A DNA stretch of 32,000 bases from Candidatus Moranella endobia PCIT (GTDB lineage Bacteria; Pseudomonadota; Gammaproteobacteria; Enterobacterales; Enterobacteriaceae). Position numbers and translations under genes: made by a program. Shown piece after piece: positions 24,268-32,000 of the stretch (position 1 is its first letter; every line of letters starts with the position of its first letter). The DNA lies in the NCBI RefSeq assembly GCF_000219175.1, contig NC_015735.1, forward strand, positions 300,001 to 332,000. Reading direction: 5' to 3'. The notes beneath the pieces are model-generated. The model was given only the letters and a program-made list of their open reading frames with translations, was not told the DNA's origin and made no database searches.

Positions 24268-26178
24268 ATGAAAATAGCACATCATCAATTACGTAACTAT
24301 TCAGTCGAGTCTGCACTGTTCTTGCGCCGTGCCCTAGTTTTGTTCGCTATTATTTTGTTACTGACCAGTATACTAATAGTCAAGTTGTACCAATTACAAA
24401 TTGTACGCTTCGAAGATTACTGTACTAGTTCCAATGCAAACCGTATTAAGCTAGTTCCCATCTCGCCCAGTCGCGGCATTATATATGACTGTAACGGCAT
24501 CCCGCTGGCGTTGAACCGTACTATATATCAGTTGGAATTGGTGCCAGTAAAAGTGGAAAATTTAAACAAAACTATCACTGCTCTTAGAGCAATAGTAGAT
24601 TTAACGGATGATGATATAGCCAATTTTGAACAAAAGTATAAAAGTTCCAGCCGATTTATCGCACTACCACTCAAATTAGATTTGACCGCAGTGCAGCAGG
24701 CACGTTTTGCCGTTAACCAATACCGTTTCCCCGGCGTTGAAGTCAAGGGCTACCAGCGCCGCTACTATCCTTACAAATCCGCGCTTACCCACGTTATCGG
24801 CTATGTTTCTCAAATTAACGACCGCGACTTGGATCGTCTGGATAAAAATGGTATCTTACCAAATTATGCTGCCACCGATAATATTGGTAAATTAGGTATC
24901 GAACATTACTATGAAAGCAAACTGCACGGTAAAACCGGTTACGAAGAAGTTGAGGTAAATAATAGTGGACGGGTGATTCGTCATTTACATGAACAGCCGC
25001 CGCAAGCTGGTAAGGATATCACTCTTACACTGGATCTTAGCCTACAGCAATATATTAAGAAACTACTAGCCGGTAGTAGAGCAGCAGTAGTGGTGGTCGA
25101 TCCACGCGACGGTAGCATCCGTGCACTCGTGTCTAACCCAAGCTACGATCCTAACCTGTTTGTTGCTAGTCTTTCCAGACATGAGTATCAATCGCTGTTA
25201 GTAAATGAACACTGCCCTCTTATCAATCGCGCTACCCAGGGGGTGTACCCACCTGCCTCAACCGTGAAACCATATATTTCCGTGTCGGCACTGAATCTGA
25301 GCGTGGTTAATAAAAACTTTTCGATGTTTGATCCCGGCTGGTGGCAATTACCAGGTTCTGGGAAACGCTACCGCGACTGGAAACGCTGGGGACATGGCTG
25401 GTTAAATGTCACCCGGGCACTTGAGGAATCAGCAGACACCTTTTTCTATCAACTTGCTTATGATATGGGAATCGACAGACTATCAGATTGGATGTTCAAA
25501 TTTGGTTACGGCCAGTATACCGGTATCGATCTTGCTGAGGAACGCGCTGGTGTTATGCCAACCCGTCAATGGAAAATAGCGCGTCTAAAACAACACTGGT
25601 ATCCGGGGGACACTATCCCTGTTGGGATCGGCCAGGGTTATTGGACCGCCACTCCGGTGCAAATGTCAAAAGCACTGATGACGTTGATCAATGACGGCGC
25701 TGTGCGTACGCCGCATCTATTATCTGGTATGCGCGACGAAAATGGTCGTAAGGTTATCTACCATCAACCAGAACATAAACAAATCGGTAATCCAAATGCC
25801 GATTATTGGCATATCGCCAAAGAAGGTATGTATGGCGTCGCTAACCGGCCCAACGGCACTGCTAGTATAAGCTTTGCTAACACGCCTTACAAGGCAGCGG
25901 CCAAATCAGGTACGGCCCAAGTTTATGGTCTGAAAATCAACGAAGCCTATAACGCCAACAAAATAACAGAACGTCTGCGCGATCATAAGCTCATGACTGC
26001 CTTTGCTCCTTATGAAAATCCAACGGTGGGAGTGGTGGTAATTCTGGAAAACGGTGGCGTTGGTCCGACTGTTGGTACCATTACCCGCCAAATATTGGAT
26101 CATCTACTGCTAGTAGATAATAACACGACACGTACTTGCCATTTCCGTCTTAGCCTTCAAGCCACTCCTGGTAGCTAA
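24268..26178 (+). CDS. mrdA: Penicillin-binding protein 2
   Basis: TM N-terminus, SPSRGIIYDCNGIPLALN, PASTVKPY (SxxK), KSGTAQVYG (KTG-like) and dimerisation-domain motifs. Confidence 0.95.
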   Translation: MKIAHHQLRNYSVESALFLRRALVLFAIILLLTSILIVKLYQLQIVRFEDYCTSSNANRIKLVPISPSRGIIYDCNGIPLALNRTIYQLELVPVKVENLNKTITALRAIVDLTDDDIANFEQKYKSSSRFIALPLKLDLTAVQQARFAVNQYRFPGVEVKGYQRRYYPYKSALTHVIGYVSQINDRDLDRLDKNGILPNYAATDNIGKLGIEHYYESKLHGKTGYEEVEVNNSGRVIRHLHEQPPQAGKDITLTLDLSLQQYIKKLLAGSRAAVVVVDPRDGSIRALVSNPSYDPNLFVASLSRHEYQSLLVNEHCPLINRATQGVYPPASTVKPYISVSALNLSVVNKNFSMFDPGWWQLPGSGKRYRDWKRWGHGWLNVTRALEESADTFFYQLAYDMGIDRLSDWMFKFGYGQYTGIDLAEERAGVMPTRQWKIARLKQHWYPGDTIPVGIGQGYWTATPVQMSKALMTLINDGAVRTPHLLSGMRDENGRKVIYHQPEHKQIGNPNADYWHIAKEGMYGVANRPNGTASISFANTPYKAAAKSGTAQVYGLKINEAYNANKITERLRDHKLMTAFAPYENPTVGVVVILENGGVGPTVGTITRQILDHLLLVDNNTTRTCHFRLSLQATPGS

Positions 26179-26184
26179 CCTATC

Positions 26185-27297
26185 ATGACTGATAATCAGC
26201 AACACACATACCTGGGGTATAAGCTGCACATTGACGTGTTGCTGCTGTCTATCTTAATGTTACTTCTATTATACAGCGTACTAGTGGTATGGAGTGCTAG
26301 TGGCCAGGATATTGGTATAATGGAACGTAAGATTACCCAGATAATCATCGGACTGCTGGTAATGCTGGTTATAGCGCAGGTGCCGCCACGTTTTTATGAG
26401 GCATTGGCGCCGTATTTATATATTTTCTGTATGTTTCTACTGATGCTAGTGGATATTTTTGGGCAAATCAGTAAAGGTGCGCAACGCTGGCTGGATCTAG
26501 GCTTCATCCGCTTCCAGCCAGCAGAAATTGCCAAAATAGTTGTACCGCTGATGGTTGCAAATGTGGTTAATCGAGATAGTTGCCCTCCTTCTAGGAAACA
26601 TACTGCAATCGCGCTAGTGCTGATTTTATTGCCAGTTTTGCTAGTAGCAGCACAGCCTGATCTAGGTACCGCAATCTTGATTGCCACCTCTGGCCTGTTT
26701 GTGCTGTGTCTTTCTGGCATTAGTGGAAAACGGATTGCCGTGGTTACGCTACTGATGATGGCTTTTATTCCGGTACTATGGTTCTTTTTCATGCATGATT
26801 ATCAGCGTGATAGAGTAATAATGATGCTAGATCCTGAAACAGATCCACTAGGCGCCGGTTACCATATTATGCAAGCGAAAATTGCCATTGGATCAGGTGG
26901 TTTAGCCGGCAAAGGCTGGCTACATGGCACTCAGTCGCAGCTAGATTTTTTGCCGGAAAGCTATACTGATTTTATTTTTGCGGTACTAGGGGAAGAGCTT
27001 GGACTTATGGGCATTTTAATGCTGCTAGCCCTCTACTTTGGGGTTATCATCAGAGGCATGGTAATTGCGTCGCGCGCACAAAATACTTTTGGACAGATTA
27101 TATCCGGGGGTTTAATGCTGATGTTGTTTATTTATATATTCGTGAATATCGGTATGGTGAGTGGTATCTTACCGGTGGTTGGTGTGCCGTTACCACTGAT
27201 TAGCTATGGTGGATCAGCACTTATTATGTTAATGTCTGGATTTGGTATTGTAATGTCGATACATACTCATCGCAACATGATGTCTAACATGCTATAG
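26185..27297 (+). CDS. mrdB: Rod shape-determining protein RodA (SEDS family)
   Basis: SASGQDIGIMERK..., SKGAQRWLDLGFIRFQPAEIAKI, VAAQPDLGTAIL, GVPLPLISYGGSALI; 6 nt after mrdA. Confidence 0.95.
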   Translation: MTDNQQHTYLGYKLHIDVLLLSILMLLLLYSVLVVWSASGQDIGIMERKITQIIIGLLVMLVIAQVPPRFYEALAPYLYIFCMFLLMLVDIFGQISKGAQRWLDLGFIRFQPAEIAKIVVPLMVANVVNRDSCPPSRKHTAIALVLILLPVLLVAAQPDLGTAILIATSGLFVLCLSGISGKRIAVVTLLMMAFIPVLWFFFMHDYQRDRVIMMLDPETDPLGAGYHIMQAKIAIGSGGLAGKGWLHGTQSQLDFLPESYTDFIFAVLGEELGLMGILMLLALYFGVIIRGMVIASRAQNTFGQIISGGLMLMLFIYIFVNIGMVSGILPVVGVPLPLISYGGSALIMLMSGFGIVMSIHTHRNMMSNML

Positions 27298-27303
27298 TTG
27301 TTA

Positions 27304-27324
27304 GCAACAAAAACATGTTGTTGC
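27304..27324 (+). terminator. Short hairpin immediately after mrdB, no U-tract
   Basis: GCAACAA AAACATG TTGTTGC, 6 nt past the mrdB stop. Confidence 0.35.
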
Positions 27325-27626
27325 GTTATCGGCCTGATTGAACTGTTGCCCAACGAGCTATACCTACTCCCATATCCTCTCGCAGACATAGTATTTTGAC
27401 CTAAAATGGTGTACTTGTACTAACGTTTCCGTAGTTTACATCAATAGTAATAACCCCTCTACTGATATGGTTTTTTTTCAGTTTGGACCACTGGCAATCC
27501 AGTGTGCACATGCTCTTTTCTTGATTTTCTTACACGTGGACAACAGGACAAGTTTGTAGTTGTTTGGTGTAGTTGTTTAGTCTAATACCATTATATGATG
27601 ATATGCCATCTTATCGCACAATAATA

Positions 27627-27656
27627 TTTATCTCTCAATGATTATTGAGAGATAAA
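27627..27656. repeat. Perfect 13-bp-arm hairpin between convergent mrdB and prmB
   Basis: TTTATCTCTCAAT GATT ATTGAGAGATAAA. Confidence 0.8.
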
Positions 27657-27782
27657 ACTGTTATGTATTAACTGACGGTTTTGATGTTATGTTTTTTTAA
27701 ACAGCTAAGCAGTCACTAAGGTAAATACTCATTACTCATGATCGTAAAATTTTGGCCTATTTGGCTAGGACTAGGACAGAGG

Positions 27783-28715
27783 TTAATAACGATACTGTTT
27801 GAAAAGCTTGTCGTAGGCGGTTAACTGCTGCCTCGTCAACATGAAAATGCCGTAGCCACCATGGGTAAATTCTATCCAGCGGAATGGTATTTGTGGGTAT
27901 TGCGCTATTAAATTTGCCATACTATCACCAACTTCACAAATCAGGACACCATCCGATGTAAGGTAATCTGATACATAAGCCAGAATGCGTCGTACCAGCT
28001 TGAGACCGTCACTGCCGGCGGCAAGGCCGAGTACTGGTTCAGCGTGAAACTCTGCCGGTAAATCTGTCAGATGATTTATATCCACATAGGGTGGATTGGT
28101 GATGATCAAGTCGTAGGCAAGCATAGGTAAGTCACAAAATAAATCTGACCTAATTGGAATCACCTGATGCTCAACACCGTGCGCCTGGATATTTTTTTCA
28201 GCCACTTCTAATACTTCCGGTGAAATATCAACCGCGTCCACCTCAGCTTCAGGATAGGCATAAGCGCAAGCGACTGCAATGCAACCGCTGCCAGTACACA
28301 TATCCAGTATATGCGCTGGGAGATGTGGCAGAAGATCACGAAAATGATTGGTAATTAATTCGCCAATCGGTGAACGTGGAATCAATACTCGATTATCGAC
28401 ATAAAACTCAAGACCACAGAACCAGGCCTTATTAATCAAGTAAGGCACTGGAATGCGCTCAGTTACTCGGCGTCTCACCCTTTCTATCAAGTGAGCTCGC
28501 TCGCTAGAAGTCAGGCGAGTAACGTACATCTCCGGTGGCAAATCAAGCGGTAGAAACAGACTAGGTAACACTAGTTGTAGTGCTTCATCCCAAGGGTTAT
28601 CAGTACCATGGCCATAATTAATTTGTGCGGCGTTAAACTGGCTGACCGTCCAGCGCAGTATATCCTGTATGGTAAGCATTTCCACTACTGCTTCTGCCGA
28701 AAAATTTTTCTCCAC
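27783..28715 (-). CDS. prmB: Ribosomal protein L3 glutamine N5-methyltransferase; probable GTG start at 28715
   Basis: [53 protein letters not shown]..., [38 protein letters not shown]. Confidence 0.95.
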   Translation of the reverse strand: MEKNFSAEAVVEMLTIQDILRWTVSQFNAAQINYGHGTDNPWDEALQLVLPSLFLPLDLPPEMYVTRLTSSERAHLIERVRRRVTERIPVPYLINKAWFCGLEFYVDNRVLIPRSPIGELITNHFRDLLPHLPAHILDMCTGSGCIAVACAYAYPEAEVDAVDISPEVLEVAEKNIQAHGVEHQVIPIRSDLFCDLPMLAYDLIITNPPYVDINHLTDLPAEFHAEPVLGLAAGSDGLKLVRRILAYVSDYLTSDGVLICEVGDSMANLIAQYPQIPFRWIEFTHGGYGIFMLTRQQLTAYDKLFKQYRY

Positions 28716-29154
28716 TCTGTACTCTGTTCTCCACGGTGGTTTCGTTAAGTTTGTTATTAGTAGCGGTTGCTCAAGCAACATCCATTAATCTATGTTGATC
28801 ATCGCTGCCATCTACAGAAGTAGTTTGCTCATTTCACCTATCGTCAAATATAAACTGTATACCGCTAAAATAATCTACTGTTTTATATGGTGTAACCTAA
28901 CCTAGATTAGTCTAGTAGACTAGTTTGCTAGCGCATCATTTGCTACCTTATTTATAGCTTCTCGGCAAATCAACTTAGGATTAGATAAGGTGAGCAAAGG
29001 TGTGTTTTTTTTAAACAATAGGTATTTTCATGTTTATTCCCATTTATTCTCAAGACATATTCTATTATAACGCCGTTTACAGGCACAACCGACATTTTCC
29101 ATCACCTGGCACTGATTATTGTGTTAGTAACAAAGTATCAAATAGGAGAAAGAC

Positions 29155-29586
29155 ATGAACGTTACTAATAAGCTGTTACAGTGCCGGCCTTACTTACTAC
29201 GGGCACTGTACGAATGGTTAATTAATAATCAGTTAACACCTAACCTACTGATCGATGCCAACAAAGCAGGCAGCATGTTATCGGATTATGCTTGCAACGG
29301 AAAAATTGTACTAAATATCGCACCAATCGCAGTTGCTAATTTGGTGCTGGGCAATAGCGAAGTACAGTTTGATGCCTGCTTTAGCGGAGTACCGCGTCAT
29401 GTAGTGGTTCCAATGGTAGCTGTGCTAGCGATCTACGCTAGTGAAAACGGTACTGGAACAGTATTTGAGCCTGAGTTAGTGTATAATCAACAAGCACTTT
29501 TGTCATGTGATAACACAGATACCAAAGATAATTCTCCTACACCGCCACGTGGCGGTTGCCGACCGTTATTACGCGTTGTCAAGTAA
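29155..29586 (+). CDS. sspB: ClpXP protease specificity-enhancing factor SspB
   Basis: CRPYLLRALYEWLINNQLTPNLLID..., GKIVLNIAPIAVANLVLGN..VQFDACFSGVPRHVVVPMVAVLAIYASENGTGTVFEPE, C-terminal ClpX-docking motif PRGGCRPLLRVVK. Confidence 0.92.
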   Translation: MNVTNKLLQCRPYLLRALYEWLINNQLTPNLLIDANKAGSMLSDYACNGKIVLNIAPIAVANLVLGNSEVQFDACFSGVPRHVVVPMVAVLAIYASENGTGTVFEPELVYNQQALLSCDNTDTKDNSPTPPRGGCRPLLRVVK

Positions 29587-29641
29587 TTACTTGACTAGAA
29601 GATAGCTATAACTATGTTCCGTCTTGATAAGCTTTTTTAAA

Positions 29642-29700
29642 GCGACCAACTATCAGAGAAGATCATCAGCAGCCCACTTTTAGAATTGGGCGCCGGTATT
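29642..29700 (+). repeat. Partial duplicate of the cysE 3' end (copy 1)
   Basis: 59 nt, 55/59 identical by hand alignment to 31141-31199 inside cysE. Confidence 0.9.
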
Positions 29701-30395
29701 AGCTAAAGTTAACATAATTGATGCCTTAATATGCTTCTGCTGCTATATGTATATGCTATACCAGATTGCAGCAATATTCGCTCGGTACTTTTAGTAGGTG
29801 GAACTGTGGTAGATATAAATTAAACTTAAAAACAACTACTTTAAAAAAGTACAGTAGTGTGCATCCAATCAACTATACTATAACCAAAGTTGTTGTAATT
29901 TCAAAAAGAATACCAAGGTTACGTTTAATATTCATCGCCTTTAAACCCAGGATATTTCTTTGGCAGCTATGCACATACCCCAGGTTTACCGACATAAATG
30001 GTCGCAAAATATTTAAATTGATCCATACTATATCTGACCAGCGAATGTTGGCGACGAAACTACATCTTTATGTTAGTTTAAGCTAGCGGATATCTTTGTC
30101 AGCTACGCTACGGTATTGATAGTGCTAGGATGGTGCATTTTCTTGGCGCCTACTACCTAATTTAATTGTTCTACTCACGCTAAGTAAGGTATTAACCACC
30201 ATGGACACCTGGCGGTTAATCTAGCACCAGTAAACTTAGCCGCATTTAATATCTAGGTAGTTAATAACTTGCTTAAATTTATAGCAGCTGAAGTGCTGCT
30301 CTATCAAAAACCTGATCAGGTAGCGCTGCCATGATCTAAGCCTAGCAAGGTAAAATTGATAGTTGTTAAGACTAATACAAGAGAAGGCGATCTGA

Positions 30396-31202
30396 ATGTC
30401 AACAGAAGAATTAGAATTTATATGGAATAACATCAATGTTGAAGCGCAATTTATGACTGCTTGTGAACCTATGCTAGCTAGTTTTGTTCACAGAACACTA
30501 CTAAAGCACAAAAACTTAAGCAGTGCATTGAACTATATACTGTCTAATAAACTTAGCAATCAAATTATACCAGTCATCGCAATCAATGAATTATTAGAAG
30601 AAGCCTATAGTGCCGATTATAGTATGATTTTATCCGCCGCGCGTGACATCCACGCTGTGCAACTACGAGACCCAGCGGTGGATAACTATTCCACGCCTCT
30701 GCTGTATCTGAAGGGGTTTCATGCTCTGCAGGCATATCGTATTAGCCATTGGTTATGGTATACAAACCGCCAGGCGTTGGCATTATATTTACAAAATCAA
30801 ATTTCCGTATCTTTTGGTGTTGACATTCATCCTGCTGCACACATTGGCTGTGGCATTATGCTAGATCATGCCACTGGCATCGTTATTGGCGAAACATCAG
30901 TGGTAGAAGATAATGTTTCCATACTGCAATCAGTAATTCTAGGAGGCACCGGCAAGACCAGCGGAGATCGCCACCCTAAAATTCGCGAAGGAGTAATGAT
31001 CGGCGCCGGCGCTGCTATTCTCGGAAATATTGAGGTTGGGCGTTGGGCAAAAATTGGTGCTGGTTCAGTAGTCTTACGCTCGGTACCGGCTCATACCACC
31101 GCTGCTGGCGTACCAGCAAGGGTGGTAGGTAAACAGAAAGGCGACCGACTATCAGAGGAAATCATCAGCAGCCCACTTTTAGAATTGGGCGCCGGTATCT
31201 GA
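30396..31202 (+). CDS. cysE: Serine acetyltransferase
   Basis: EELEFIWNNINVEAQFMTACEPMLASFVHRTLLKHKNL..., hexapeptide repeats HPAAHIGCGIMLDHATGIVIGE, GGTGKTSGDRHPKIREGVMIGAGAAILGNIEVG. C-terminal ~20 aa unlike E. coli. Confidence 0.95.
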   Translation: MSTEELEFIWNNINVEAQFMTACEPMLASFVHRTLLKHKNLSSALNYILSNKLSNQIIPVIAINELLEEAYSADYSMILSAARDIHAVQLRDPAVDNYSTPLLYLKGFHALQAYRISHWLWYTNRQALALYLQNQISVSFGVDIHPAAHIGCGIMLDHATGIVIGETSVVEDNVSILQSVILGGTGKTSGDRHPKIREGVMIGAGAAILGNIEVGRWAKIGAGSVVLRSVPAHTTAAGVPARVVGKQKGDRLSEEIISSPLLELGAGI

Positions 31203-31250
31203 CAGCAGTTATGGCAGCGCTGCGGTGAGAGGAAAATTTTTGCTTCATAT

Positions 31251-32000
31251 CTAGGTCTGAGGAAGACAGATAATCAGCTGCAATCCGCCAAGTGGGCTAT
31301 CTGTTGCTTTTACCCAACCACCGTGCTGTATGACTGCTGTTTCTACGATTGCGAGCCCGAGACCACCAGTAGTTCCGCTGGAATCACGGTCTTTGGCTTG
31401 AGAGGTACGGTAAAAAGGCCGAAAAATCTGCTCTCGATCATCTTTGCTGACGCCGGGGCCATCATCGTCAACGGTAATGGTTATCCGATACTGATCGGTG
31501 CTAAATCCGACTAATATCCGGTGATGCGAGTAACGTATAGCATTACGCACGATATTTTCAAGCGCACTATTTAGTGCGAAAGCATCACCTATTATGGTCC
31601 AGTTACCTGGTAGTGATGTGAACTCCAGGCTTTTGCCCATTTGCTCTGCTTCAAACTGAGCATCACTAATAACATTAGCCCACAAATGGTTTGTCTTCAA
31701 TACCTCACGCGGACGCTCCGGGTTGTTAGACCTAGAAATTTCTAGTAAGATTGAATTTAGCCGGTGAACTTCGGTATCAATGCGTAGTGCATAGTCATCA
31801 CCTTGCCGCCGTCGCATTAGCGCGGTAGTTAACTGTATCCTGGTTAATGGCGTGCGCAACTCATGAAATATGTTGTCTAGTATACGTTGATTGTCATTAA
31901 TATAACTATCATGCCGGTAGTCAAAAGAATTCATTTTGACCTGTATCAAACTCGGGATGCTGTTGTATATGCCCATTCCCACGTACCACCTCATCTGCGG
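31251..32000 (-). CDS. cpxA: Sensor histidine kinase CpxA, catalytic portion; upstream part outside the window or degraded, intactness unknown
   Basis: FHELRTPLTRIQLTTALMRRRQG (H box), EAEQMGKSLEF, ALNSALENIVRNAIRYSHHRI (N box), ITVDDDGPGVSKDDREQIFRPFYRT, GLGLAIVETAVIQHGGWVKATDSPLGG. Frame stays open to the window end. Confidence 0.85.
   Translation of the reverse strand, partial: PQMRWYVGMGIYNSIPSLIQVKMNSFDYRHDSYINDNQRILDNIFHELRTPLTRIQLTTALMRRRQGDDYALRIDTEVHRLNSILLEISRSNNPERPREVLKTNHLWANVISDAQFEAEQMGKSLEFTSLPGNWTIIGDAFALNSALENIVRNAIRYSHHRILVGFSTDQYRITITVDDDGPGVSKDDREQIFRPFYRTSQAKDRDSSGTTGGLGLAIVETAVIQHGGWVKATDSPLGGLQLIICLPQT

Noticed and set aside
29766-30436. ORFs 29766..30086(+) and 30236..30436(-)
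   Set aside because: Short, basic/hydrophobic, no motif, in AT-rich intergenic DNA; no clear ribosome-binding site or family resemblance. They could be checked by RNA-seq but are not supported.
31323-31514. 63-aa plus-strand ORF
   Set aside because: Antisense to the cpxA catalytic domain.

Overview
The window is a stretch of a reduced gammaproteobacterial genome. Proteins are close to E. coli but the DNA is AT-enriched, so I infer an Enterobacterales insect-endosymbiont-like lineage (possibly Sodalis-allied), not confirmed. By hand estimate about 80% of the window is explained by genes. I recognise ychF (partial), pth, prs, prfA, prmC, suhB, iscS, tRNA-Glu, 23S rRNA, 5S rRNA, tRNA-Asp, acpS, pdxJ, clpB, rluD, pmbA/tldE, rdgC, holD, ygfZ, lgt, rppH, fis, mrdA, mrdB/rodA, prmB, sspB, cysE and the 3' part of cpxA. 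I see no phage, IS element, CRISPR array, toxin-antitoxin or defence locus, and no convincing novel multi-gene system. Best leads: (1) an rRNA unit tRNA-Glu-23S-5S-tRNA-Asp with no 16S upstream, but with its own candidate promoter and boxA-like elements; (2) a SuhB that has lost conserved IMPase acidic residues (E67N/E68N and D44N in E. coli numbering), so perhaps retained only for its rRNA antitermination role; (3) a 59-nt near-identical copy of the 3' end of cysE about 1.5 kb upstream; (4) several long perfect hairpins without U-tracts in intergenic regions; (5) IscS and CpxA with altered functional segments.
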